This document shows positions 46,711-56,871 of a stretch of DNA of 64,000 nucleotides, in pieces (position 1 is the stretch's first letter; each line of letters begins with the position of its first letter). Origin of the DNA: an uncultured Ignavibacteriaceae bacterium (lineage in GTDB: Bacteria > Bacteroidota > Ignavibacteria > UBA10030); NCBI GenBank assembly GCA_964581115.1, contig CAZOMY010000010.1:8764-72763 (forward strand), given 5' to 3'. A program made the position numbers and the translations under genes. The notes below the pieces were generated by a model. It was not told the DNA's origin and did not search any database. It saw only the letters and a list, made by a program, of their open reading frames with translations.

Positions 46711-46911
46711 TCGAGCGAGACGGATTCCCTCTTTGCAGCAGTTTTTCGGCACATCACGCGCTGGCACGGGAGTGGTGCATCCATCGGTGCCGAAGTGTGA
46801 AGTGGTCGGCCTCTTGGTCCCTCGTGGGTCTATCCAGGAGTAGGTTGCGCAGGCGAATCGTCTCGGATCACCTTTAGGGTTGAAAGGCGCCGCGAACGTT
46901 CGCCCAGGAAT

Positions 46912-46951
46912 AGAAGGTCCGGTCTCCCCCCCCCGGACCTTCTTTTTTTTT
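46912..46951 (+). terminator. Intrinsic terminator
   Basis: AGAAGGTCCGG-N10-CCGGACCTTCT followed by a run of 8 more T. Confidence 0.85.
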
Positions 46952-46973
46952 GCTCTCTTTGGACCCAAAAAGT

Positions 46974-47058
46974 GAACGCAGATGAACGCTGAAAAAAGAG
47001 GATGACCGCTGATCTTTGATCTGCGTCCATCCCTTCCTTCTGCGTCATCAGCGTCCCC
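46974..47058. repeat. Inverted cluster of 9-mer units (AACGCAGAT / ATCTGCGTC)
   Basis: GAACGCAGATGAACGCTGA...GACCGCTGAT versus ATCTGCGTCCATC...TCTGCGTCATCAGCGTC. Confidence 0.65.
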
Positions 47059-47130
47059 GCTTCTCCCGATAGAACGACGAACGCCGACTTCTGCCGGCGT
47101 TCTTGTGTACCCATCGAGGACGTGATGCGA

Positions 47131-48006
47131 TCAGTTGACCAATCTCACGGTCGCGAGTTTACGTTCTGCAACAGACCGCAACGATGACAGGGGATGCTCG
47201 TTGACGATCCGCTCGTACGCATTCCGCGCCAGATCCCGGCGACCCATGCCTTCGAAGACCTGACCGAGCATCAAGATCGCTGCCGTGCGCTTGTCCGACG
47301 CGACATCGCGGCTGACGGGCTCGAGGGCCAACCTTGCGCCGACGAGATCCCTCAGTTGGAACCGACTCACGCCCTGCCAGAATCGGCAGTTGTCGGCCAA
47401 CGACGGCTCGACCGGTGCCTGCAGGGCCTTGCCGAACATCACCTCCGCCTCGTGATACTTGCGCTGTTGATAGGCGCCGATCGCGGCCGCATACAGCGAC
47501 CGGACGGAGGCGCGTTCACGCGGTCGGCGTCGCCCGACCGGCGATGTTGATGCAACCGGCGCCGGATGACCCCGTTCGGACATCAGTCGGACCTGCTCGA
47601 TGATCTCTTCCAGCCGGAGATTCTGTTCGCGGATCAAGGCAAGCAGCGCTTCCTCGCCGGGCGTCAGATCTCGCCGCCGTTCGCTCACGACCTCGGCGAC
47701 GTCCTGACGCGCTTCGATCGCGGCGAGCCGGCGCTCCAATTCGGCCATGCGGCGACCCTGCTCGCGCATCATCTGACGCAGCATCGGCTCCATGCCGCCT
47801 GTCGCTTCTGATGGCACAGTGAACTCCGGAATGACGGCCCCCTCCGCTTCGCGTTCGACCCGCGCCACGCGGACCGGATCAAAGTACTCGTCGCCGCCCT
47901 GGTCAGGCTTCGACGACGAGCAACCGCCAAGCACCGCGACAGCCAATGCCAGAAACAAGGAGAATCGGAGTTGACATGTCGCGAAATAAGGGAATCTCAG
48001 GATCAT
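47131..48006 (-). CDS. TPR lipoprotein, YbgF/CpoB-like (coiled coil + TPR)
   Basis: Lipobox LGGC; coiled coil MAELERRLAAIEARQ; TPRs YAAAIGAYQQRKY...ADNCRFWQG...AAILMLG...AYERIVNEHP. Confidence 0.75.
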   Translation of the reverse strand: MILRFPYFATCQLRFSLFLALAVAVLGGCSSSKPDQGGDEYFDPVRVARVEREAEGAVIPEFTVPSEATGGMEPMLRQMMREQGRRMAELERRLAAIEARQDVAEVVSERRRDLTPGEEALLALIREQNLRLEEIIEQVRLMSERGHPAPVASTSPVGRRRPRERASVRSLYAAAIGAYQQRKYHEAEVMFGKALQAPVEPSLADNCRFWQGVSRFQLRDLVGARLALEPVSRDVASDKRTAAILMLGQVFEGMGRRDLARNAYERIVNEHPLSSLRSVAERKLATVRLVN

Positions 48007-48052
48007 CTTAACGACCTCCATTCGCGATCAAACGCTGAGCAAAGTTCGATCC

Positions 48053-50017
48053 CTATCGAAGCAGCACCATGCGTACGACCCGAGCCTGGCCGTCGACAAC
48101 CAACCGGGCGAAATACGTGCCGCTCGGGAGCCCGAAGCCGTCGAATACGGCCTGGTGATCTCCCGCCTGAAACTCTCGTTGCTCCACGATCGTCGCCACT
48201 TTTCGACCCAGCATGTCCCTCACGTCAAGCGTTACGACTTCCGATCGAGCCAGTCGGAACGGAATGACCGTCGTGGGGTTGAATGGATTGGGATAGTTCT
48301 GCAGCAGTTGTATCCGATCCGGCGTGAGCAAATCGGATGAGCCTGCACCCAGCACGGCGTCGCCGAGATAGGCGCGGACCGCAAGATTGTAGCCGGCTCC
48401 CCAATTGTTTGGATCCTCGAAATTGTACCATTGCAGACCTGAACCGGCGTCATAGTACGAGGAGGAGCGCGACGTTGGATTCGCGCCATCATCAGCCACG
48501 AACTGTAACGTGTCGCCGGCTGTGCCTACCACCTCGAACACGACGTGGAAGTTCACGCCGTTGGTCATCATGAGACCCAACGAGGTCAGGTCCACTTCAT
48601 TGAACACGCCCGTCGTCAACGATGAGAACGGAACCAGCACCGACGGACCTTGTTGTATGTTCGGGATCCCGCCCAGACTGCCTGGCTTGTCCGAAAAGAC
48701 TGACACCTTCAGCGAGCCGTTTCCTTGAACCGCGACCGGAGCGCCGTTCAGCCGGAAATCGACCTTGAGCAACGGTGCGGTACGCCCGGGCGTGAAGCGC
48801 ACGGCATATTTCAGGTCGTCGTACTCCGAAGGCAGCCGAAAGACATATGCGAGCGCACCATGATATTGCAGGACGGCAGCATCGCCCGGCGGCGCCGCAT
48901 TGTTGGCGACGAGGCTCGCGGTCGTCGAGGCACCGGCAGAGACCGACACCCCCACTCGAGCCGAGGACGTGTCGCTCAGCGGATCTCCCGATTCGCCGGC
49001 ACCGTTGAAGTATTCCGGCGATACCGGAGTGATGAACGACAGCCCAGACAGGTCGTCCGCATACGGGCCGACGCTCGATCCGCCGGTGAACGACGTACGC
49101 ACCGGCTCGATCTTCACCCAGTAGGTCCCCGGTGGAAGTCCCGATATCGCATAATTCCCCGTTCCCTGCTGAAGGTAATCCGTCACGGTCGAATACTGAC
49201 CCATGAGCGAGTCGGCAATGTTGATCGCCACGACCACGGCCCCGCGGACAGGAGACAGGTCCGACCGTGTCACCGAACCGGAGATCGTTCCTGTCGTTGA
49301 AGCGAAGGACGCATCAGGGTACAATCTTGATACGGAGACAATGTCGTCGGGATTGAGCGTGGCCAGTTGCGTATCGTCATCCGACGATGTGGGGTACATC
49401 GTCGGCAGATAGACGTCGTCAGCGGCATTGCCGTTGCCGGCCAGCGTGGCATTGACCTGCGTGTGGTCGAGTCCGATGAAGTGGCCGAACTCATGGACGA
49501 AGGTCGACGTGAATTCGGCCTCCGTGAACACCGTACCGGCCATCGTGCCGTTCATGACGGCATGACCTTCGACGAAGAATCCTTCATTCGGACCGCTCAG
49601 CGCGTACGACGAGCCGGCGAATCCGATGACGTTCGACGAAGCTCCTTCGCCCACGATCGCGTCGATGATCGACCCGTCATGGTCGAAAATGATCGGGTTC
49701 AGCCCGTCGGAGAAGTTGCCAACGTATGAAGCGTAGTTCGCCGCCGTTACATCGACCGACAACGAATCGCGCTTGAACGTGATGACGGCGGTCGGCACAT
49801 CCTGCCAGACTTGAAAGCTCGCCGCGGCGATGTTCTGCGCCACGGCCGACGAGAATCCGCCCATGGGGCCCTTGTCGAGATGATACACGACCGGCTGCGT
49901 CGTCCGGTAGCGAACGGGGACGCCTTTGTGCACGCTGAGCGGACCGCCCGCGTACAGCTTGAACGCGGCACACGCCAGGGTCGACGCCATCAGCGCTGTG
50001 CGAATGCGGCTCGTCAT
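48053..50017 (-). CDS. Metzincin (matrixin/M10-like) metalloprotease + carboxypeptidase-regulatory-like domain + T9SS CTD
   Basis: HEFGHFIGLDH (HExxHxxGxxH), Met-turn PTMYP, LNPDD; GTISGSV...GAVVVA...GNYAISGLPPGTYWV; CTD QNYPNPFNPTT...SGTYFARL. Confidence 0.9.
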   Translation of the reverse strand: MTSRIRTALMASTLACAAFKLYAGGPLSVHKGVPVRYRTTQPVVYHLDKGPMGGFSSAVAQNIAAASFQVWQDVPTAVITFKRDSLSVDVTAANYASYVGNFSDGLNPIIFDHDGSIIDAIVGEGASSNVIGFAGSSYALSGPNEGFFVEGHAVMNGTMAGTVFTEAEFTSTFVHEFGHFIGLDHTQVNATLAGNGNAADDVYLPTMYPTSSDDDTQLATLNPDDIVSVSRLYPDASFASTTGTISGSVTRSDLSPVRGAVVVAINIADSLMGQYSTVTDYLQQGTGNYAISGLPPGTYWVKIEPVRTSFTGGSSVGPYADDLSGLSFITPVSPEYFNGAGESGDPLSDTSSARVGVSVSAGASTTASLVANNAAPPGDAAVLQYHGALAYVFRLPSEYDDLKYAVRFTPGRTAPLLKVDFRLNGAPVAVQGNGSLKVSVFSDKPGSLGGIPNIQQGPSVLVPFSSLTTGVFNEVDLTSLGLMMTNGVNFHVVFEVVGTAGDTLQFVADDGANPTSRSSSYYDAGSGLQWYNFEDPNNWGAGYNLAVRAYLGDAVLGAGSSDLLTPDRIQLLQNYPNPFNPTTVIPFRLARSEVVTLDVRDMLGRKVATIVEQREFQAGDHQAVFDGFGLPSGTYFARLVVDGQARVVRMVLLR

Positions 50018-50571
50018 GGCTTCACCTCGCGCACCAGCGCACGAAGTCGGCCGGTGAATCCCTCAAAGTCGTAGGAACCCTCTCGATCGGGCGCCAAGGA
50101 TGTGCGTGCGGAGGTCTTCATCAGGTCGGCCGTTCGCGCCACCTGGGTGACTCGCTTGCCCGTACGTGACTCTCGAACGCGAAAGACGCCCTGCCCCAGA
50201 CCGACAGGGCTTTGAAAACCTGCTTGCTTCGAAGCGGGATAGAGCAACAGGATCACCTCTTCCCCCATCGCCAGCCGCGGCAAGTCGGGCGTCGGCGTGA
50301 CGATCCCGTCCACCGTCCCCCCGAATTGTTTGTAGCGCACGGTCGTCGACGGCGCGCCGTAGAAGTTCTCGCGCACCTCGACCGTCGTCCAGGTGGCCGG
50401 GAGACCCGTGCGTGGATCACGGCCGGTCTCGGTTGCAACGACGCGGCCGTGGACGACGACGCCGGCCTGCCTGACCATCCGCTCGAGACTTAGGGGGATC
50501 GACCTCTGAGCCGGCGCGGAGACGGTCAGTGCCAAGGTGAGAGCTGCAACGATGAGTGGCGGATATCGCAT
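50014..50571 (-). CDS. Small secreted protein, probable OB/NTR-like fold, coupled to the protease gene
   Basis: Signal peptide; LSLERMVRQAGVVVHGRV...TTVEVRENFYG...QFGGTVDG...GEEVILLL...VGLGQGVFRV; ATGA overlap with the protease start. Confidence 0.75.
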   Translation of the reverse strand: MRYPPLIVAALTLALTVSAPAQRSIPLSLERMVRQAGVVVHGRVVATETGRDPRTGLPATWTTVEVRENFYGAPSTTVRYKQFGGTVDGIVTPTPDLPRLAMGEEVILLLYPASKQAGFQSPVGLGQGVFRVRESRTGKRVTQVARTADLMKTSARTSLAPDREGSYDFEGFTGRLRALVREVKP

Positions 50572-50575
50572 GCGG

Positions 50576-52210
<1,635 letters not shown>

Positions 52211-52232
52211 TCACAAAGAGGTGAACCGTTGA

Positions 52233-52267
52233 GAATGCGGAATGCGGATGTGCGATTTCGGATTATC
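52233..52267. repeat. Second copy of the GATTGCG-type heptamer element
   Basis: GAATGCGGAATGCGGATGTGCGATTTCGGATTATC, 31/35 identical to 37352-37386; contains the kdsB stop codon. Confidence 0.8.
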
Positions 52268-53021
52268 GAGGTGGTCCGACCTGCCTCAGAAGGGCCATGA
52301 CCCGAGTGACGTCTTCGGGAGTGTCGATCGGAATACTATCGAACTTCGTGACGGCCGTACGGATACGATAGCCGGCCTCGAGAACGCGCAGCTGCTCAAG
52401 TCTTTCCACTCGCTCCAGACGACCCTCCGGAAGCGCTGCGAAGATCCTGAGAAACTCCCGGCGAAAGACATAGATACCGATGTGCTTGTACAACAATCCC
52501 GACAAGATCCAACGGCTGGGGTTCGACTCGTCCCGCACATGCGGGATCGGTGAGCGGCTGAAATACAGGGCATCGCCGTTCGCAGCCACGGCCACTTTGA
52601 CCACCGACGGATTCACCACGTCGGCAGGATCTTCGATGGGACGGATGAGCGTTCCCATCGATACATCGGCGCGATCGCGCACGACCGCCACGGCGGCGTC
52701 GATCATCTCCGGCGCGATGAGCGGCTCGTCTCCCTGAATGTTGACGAAGATGTCTCCTGAGATCTGTTCAGCCACCGCCGCCACCCGGTCGCTGCCGCTC
52801 CGGATGTCGGGCGAGGTCATTACGGCTTCGGCACCGTCGGCACGCACGACGGCCGCAATGCGTTCGTCGTCGGTCGCAACGACGATGCGCTTAACACTCT
52901 TCGCCCGGCGTACGCGGTCGACGACTCGCAGGACCATCGGCCGGCCCAGCAGGTCGACGAGCGGCTTCGCCGGAAGCCGGGTCGACGAATATCGCGCGGG
53001 AATGACGCCGACGACGGTCAT
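52263..53021 (-). CDS. kdsB: 3-deoxy-manno-octulosonate cytidylyltransferase
   Basis: IPARYSSTRLPAKPL, SGSDR, VNIQGDEP, ALYFSRSPIP, HIGIY, LEQLR, IDTPED. Confidence 0.97.
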   Translation of the reverse strand: MTVVGVIPARYSSTRLPAKPLVDLLGRPMVLRVVDRVRRAKSVKRIVVATDDERIAAVVRADGAEAVMTSPDIRSGSDRVAAVAEQISGDIFVNIQGDEPLIAPEMIDAAVAVVRDRADVSMGTLIRPIEDPADVVNPSVVKVAVAANGDALYFSRSPIPHVRDESNPSRWILSGLLYKHIGIYVFRREFLRIFAALPEGRLERVERLEQLRVLEAGYRIRTAVTKFDSIPIDTPEDVTRVMALLRQVGPPR

Positions 53022-53311
53022 TTGTCGCCGATGACCTTCGGTACCTTGAAGAATTCTTCGGTCCGGGCGGGAGCGTTCGCCAAGGCCTGCCCGACCGAAA
53101 GCCCGGGCTTCACTTCATCCCGCCGGAGCACGTTCTCCGTCTCGATGACCTGAGCCAGCGGCGCCACGGACGACGTGTCGAGGGTGTTCAACTGGTCAAT
53201 ATACGCCAGGATCGTGTTGAGCTGGTCCGTGAACTGCCGCTTCTCGTCATCCGAGAACGACAGCCGGGCCAACGAGGCGATGTGTTCGACATCTTTGAGC
53301 GTGACGGACAT
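53018..53311 (-). CDS. gatC: Asp-tRNA(Asn)/Glu-tRNA(Gln) amidotransferase subunit C
   Basis: DVEHIASLARL, LNTILAY, LRRDEV, LANAP...FFKVPKVI. Confidence 0.96.
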   Translation of the reverse strand: MSVTLKDVEHIASLARLSFSDDEKRQFTDQLNTILAYIDQLNTLDTSSVAPLAQVIETENVLRRDEVKPGLSVGQALANAPARTEEFFKVPKVIGDK

Positions 53312-53314
53312 GTG

Positions 53315-53398
53315 GATGAAAGGTGAAAGGTGAGTGGTGAATGGTGAATGGTAAATGGTAAATGGTAAATGGTAAATGGTGAATGGTGAATGGTGGAA
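53315..53398. repeat. Heptamer tandem array (GGTRAAT) x12
   Basis: gatgaaa ggtgaaa ggtgagt ggtgaat x2 ggtaaat x4 ggtgaat x2 ggtggaa, counted directly. Confidence 0.95.
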
Positions 53399-53413
53399 GG
53401 TTGTTTCTGGCCT

Positions 53414-53480
53414 CTGACCCCTCGGCTCCGCTCGGGGCTAGTTTTTGACCTCTGACCGCTGGTCTCTGACCGCTGATCTG
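53414..53480. repeat. REP-like palindrome followed by CTGACCN heptamers
   Basis: CTGACCCCTCGGCTCCGCTCGGGGC, then tgacctc tgaccgc tggtctc tgaccgc tgatctg, which encode the plsC C-terminal tail. Confidence 0.65.
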
Positions 53481-54208
53481 TTCACCCTCTCTTCTTTTCC
53501 GCTCTGGTCCCGATAGTGCTTTTCAATTTGCGCCCGCACCTCGGCCATCAGCGCCAGCTCTCCTTCCTTCCCTTCCCGTCCTGCCGTTGTGATCTCAGGA
53601 GAAAGTACGATCTCGATCTCGGAGGATCGGATGTTCAGCGAGCCCTTGCGAAGGATTCCGAACGTGCCGTTGATCGTAACGGGAATGACCGGCACGCCCG
53701 ACTTCGCGGCCAGCGCGAACGCTCCCCGCTTGAAGGGCTGTAGCGACCCCGTGGTCGTGCGGGTGCCCTCAGCATAGATCAGCACCGACTTGCCTTCGCG
53801 AATCGCCGCCGCCGAACGCTCAAGCGCCGCGTTGGCCTCCCGGGCGTTTTCACGGTCGATCATGATGTACGGACTGATCGCCAGCATCCAACCCCAGATC
53901 GGAACGCGGCTCAGCTCTTTCTTGAACATGATGTGAACGTCATCGGGGATCGCGTCGAGCGCCGCCATGATGTCGAACATGCTCGCGTGATTCGCCGCGT
54001 AGATGTACGTCTGGCCTGGACGCACATACTCGGCCCCGACGAGCCGCGTTCGAATGCCGCAAATGCGGAGGACGCCTGTGGCCCATCGACGCGCATGCCG
54101 GTGGAACCATGAGACGTTCCGATCGATGAGCAGCGCGACCAAAATGATCAACGACATCAGGAGGGTCCAAAGGGCCGACAAGCCCACTTTGACGGCGGCC
54201 GAGATCAT
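53438..54208 (-). CDS. plsC: 1-acyl-sn-glycerol-3-phosphate acyltransferase
   Basis: ANHASMFD, FKKEL, IDR, YAEGTRT, FKRGAF, PVIPV. Confidence 0.93.
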   Translation of the reverse strand: MISAAVKVGLSALWTLLMSLIILVALLIDRNVSWFHRHARRWATGVLRICGIRTRLVGAEYVRPGQTYIYAANHASMFDIMAALDAIPDDVHIMFKKELSRVPIWGWMLAISPYIMIDRENAREANAALERSAAAIREGKSVLIYAEGTRTTTGSLQPFKRGAFALAAKSGVPVIPVTINGTFGILRKGSLNIRSSEIEIVLSPEITTAGREGKEGELALMAEVRAQIEKHYRDQSGKEERVNRSAVRDQRSEVKN

Positions 54209-54420
54209 GATCGACCCGCGGCAGCGATCGCCGGCAAAGAGATCCGGATTACGGAGAATCGCGACGGAGGGTTGGCAAAAGGGGACGGTGAACCGATGCT
54301 GCGGACAACACGAACACTACCGGGCGGTGGGAACCCGAAGAGCATGCAACATGACGGACAGGGGTGAATGCCGGGATGGTTTATCCAAGATAGCCACCCG
54401 CGGGCTCAAAAACAACGGCA

Positions 54421-55374
54421 TCATTCGAGTACGCGGAGTCGGACGATCGACGCGGTCGAAGCAGAATCCACGCCGGAGATGAAGCGCGTCAATGCCAGGT
54501 GTGGCCCCCGCACTTGGACCACTCTCAGAGAGGCCACCTGTCGCGAGCGGTCTCCCTCGATCTGGAGAACAGGGAGCACCTGGCCTTCGCGCACGCCATC
54601 ATCGGTGCCCAGACTGATGAAGGCATCGTTCCCCTCGATGAACACGATCTTTCCTTCGACCACCCGCTCGCGAAAGTCGATGGTAAGGGAGTCCGACCAG
54701 CCCCTTTCGCTGTCCCCCCGGACGCGGTGGGAGGCCAGACCCGGGATCCTTTCAAGCAGTTCGTCGGAGAACCTTCGGGCCGCTTCCAGGCAGGCCTGAC
54801 CGATGACGGTGCGGGTGAATTCCTCGCTTCCGAACCGGATCGCATTCAGGTCGCGGAATTCCACCGTTCGTTGAGTCGGCTTTCCCAGGAGCGTCCAAGC
54901 CAGCGACCGGTCGGCGAATTCACCGCTCGTTTCGCCGCGCGCCACAACCAGCAGGTCCCCCGAGCGTTCAAGCCGATCCAGATCGATCACTTCGTATGCG
55001 ACGCTAACCTCACCCTTGAACGCCTCATAGCCGCCGACGGCCGGCTGACCCGTTACGAACCGGCTGACGTCGAATACTTCGACACTGCCCCCGACGAGGT
55101 ATTTCACGCCGAATCTTTGTCGAATCTGCCGCCAGAATTTGACGTCGTCCCACGACGGCATCGGGCGCAGGTCTTCGCGAAATGCTCCGACGACGGAGAC
55201 CGAGACTACCGAGAGACGCTGTTCGGCCCTGAGAAAGGCGCCCAGGTAGCGCGGCATCTCGATCGCCGGGTCCCACGATCCCTCGAAATCGCTGTGGTTC
55301 TCGAACCGAATGAACGCGACCCCGCGTGTTTGCGACGAAGCCTCTGCGGCGAGCAGAAGGAGAAGGACCACCAT
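54421..55374 (-). CDS. Secreted CsgG/TolB-N-like protein with FlgT-C-like C-terminal domain
   Basis: Signal peptide; VAFIRFEN...KYLVGGSVEVFD...AYEVIDL; C-terminal GKIVFIEGNDAFISLGTDDGVREGQVL...VASLRVVQV. Confidence 0.6.
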   Translation of the reverse strand: MVVLLLLLAAEASSQTRGVAFIRFENHSDFEGSWDPAIEMPRYLGAFLRAEQRLSVVSVSVVGAFREDLRPMPSWDDVKFWRQIRQRFGVKYLVGGSVEVFDVSRFVTGQPAVGGYEAFKGEVSVAYEVIDLDRLERSGDLLVVARGETSGEFADRSLAWTLLGKPTQRTVEFRDLNAIRFGSEEFTRTVIGQACLEAARRFSDELLERIPGLASHRVRGDSERGWSDSLTIDFRERVVEGKIVFIEGNDAFISLGTDDGVREGQVLPVLQIEGDRSRQVASLRVVQVRGPHLALTRFISGVDSASTASIVRLRVLE

Positions 55375-55553
55375 ACGAATGGTGCGAACTCCCCTCCCCC
55401 CCCTCGAATCAAGAGAGTGTTTTGAAGAGAAAGGAACCCCGCGAGCTCCAAAGGCGCGATCAGGTTCGACGATGTGATGATGGTTCATTTCACTCGGATC
55501 AATGCAACAGCCGTAACGGACGACCGCACGAATTCCTTGACTCCACTCCTCGG

Positions 55554-55593
55554 TTCCTCCACTACCCTATTCCTCCATGACTCCGCTACTCCA
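55554..55593. repeat. Degenerate octamer array x5
   Basis: ttcctcca ctacccta ttcctcca tgactccg ctactcca, just after the namZ stop. Confidence 0.6.
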
Positions 55594-55619
55594 TCCGCCG
55601 AGCTCCTACCCTCCCGATC

Positions 55620-56870
55620 TCAATCGTACAACAGATATCGCTCCCGCTTGATCATGAAGGGAGCCCGGGCCTGATCGAGGCGGCTGACGATCTCATCGGG
55701 CTCCATGCCGGCGGCCAGCCAGCGGCGCACATCGTAGGTACCGACGACCTTGTCAAACATCTGTAATCGCTCGGGCTTTGCGCGTTCGAAGATGTTCCAG
55801 TTCGGGTAGACTCGAAGCAGCGCCGACAGAATGTGCAACTGCACCTGCGTCATATCAAGGCGCGCGCGGTCATGCACATGCACCTGGACGCCTTCATACC
55901 GGATGCCGCTGGTGTCAAAATAGAAAGGCTTGTACCACATCGGCCGGAAGACGACGCCCGACAGGTTCTTCGAGTTAAGGTATGCGGCCAACTCTCCCCC
56001 CTTGACCCATGGGGCGCCGATCAGTTCGAACGGCAGCGTGTATCCGACACCCTGATTGGCCGTTCCGAGCTCTCCCAGCAGACCGGTCAGGACGTAGTGG
56101 ATGGTCGTGTGTGCGTGCGGAACATGGGGTGACGTCGGCACCCACTCGAGGCCCGTGTCATCCCACCACATCGATCGCTTCCATCCATCCATCTTCACCA
56201 CCGTCAGGCTACACTTTCGCCCTCCGTTCAGCCACCCCTCGCCGTTGACCATCTCGGCCATCTCGCCGGCCGTCATTCCATATACATACGGCACCGGATA
56301 CGCTCCCACGAACGACTTGTGCTTTGGCTCGAGCATCGGACCGGTGACGATGAGCCCCGTCAGCGGATCGGGACGGTCGAGAACGACGAATGCGATGCCA
56401 GCTTCGGCCGCCGCTTCCATCGCCAACCCCATCGTCGAAATGTACGTGTATGAACGAACGCCGATATCCTGGATGTCATAGACGAGGACGTCGATCCCCT
56501 TCAGCATCTCGGGCGTCGGCTTCCGCGTCTTTCCGTAGAGACTGTAGACCGGCAATCCGGTCGCGCGGTCATTGTAGAATTCGACATACTTGCCGGCCTC
56601 GACGTCGCCGCGGACGCCGTGCTCCGGACCGAACAGCGCCACGAGTTGGACCCCCGGAGCGTTGTAGAGGATGTCGATCGTCGACGTCATGTCGTACGAG
56701 ATGCCGGTGGGATTCGTGATGAGCCCCACCCGCTTGCCGCGAAGGAGGTCGAAATTGCGCTCGCGGAGTACGTCGATCCCCGGCTTGACGGGCGGTTCGG
56801 CGGGTACTTCGGCCAGCAACGGCAGGTCGTACGCCGCTAAGCACCAGAACAGCAGGAGCATGGTTCGCAT
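55620..56870 (-). CDS. namZ: Exo-beta-N-acetylmuramidase NamZ (DUF1343/YbbC)
   Basis: VGLITNPTG, LFGPEHGVRG, SLYG, DIQDIGVRSYTYISTM, VLDRPDP, GMTAGE, WVPTSP. Confidence 0.92.
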   Translation of the reverse strand: MRTMLLLFWCLAAYDLPLLAEVPAEPPVKPGIDVLRERNFDLLRGKRVGLITNPTGISYDMTSTIDILYNAPGVQLVALFGPEHGVRGDVEAGKYVEFYNDRATGLPVYSLYGKTRKPTPEMLKGIDVLVYDIQDIGVRSYTYISTMGLAMEAAAEAGIAFVVLDRPDPLTGLIVTGPMLEPKHKSFVGAYPVPYVYGMTAGEMAEMVNGEGWLNGGRKCSLTVVKMDGWKRSMWWDDTGLEWVPTSPHVPHAHTTIHYVLTGLLGELGTANQGVGYTLPFELIGAPWVKGGELAAYLNSKNLSGVVFRPMWYKPFYFDTSGIRYEGVQVHVHDRARLDMTQVQLHILSALLRVYPNWNIFERAKPERLQMFDKVVGTYDVRRWLAAGMEPDEIVSRLDQARAPFMIKRERYLLYD

Positions 56871-56871
56871 G

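Noticed and set aside
46745-46762. CGGCAC-N5-GCGC as a third sigma-54 promoter
   Set aside because: GG-N10-GC spacing is present, but both flanks deviate from consensus and no gene follows; likely chance in GC-rich DNA.
46865-46875. GGATCACCTTT resembling the 16S rRNA 3' end
   Set aside because: Only 11 nt; no other rRNA sequence around it.
53315-53398. Tandem arrays as a possible CRISPR
   Set aside because: 7-bp contiguous units without unique spacers; no cas genes.
55396-55403. C8 tract as a phase-variation switch
   Set aside because: Probably part of a G-rich ribosome-binding region upstream of the likely start at 55374; it would be coding only if the doubtful start at 55488 were used.
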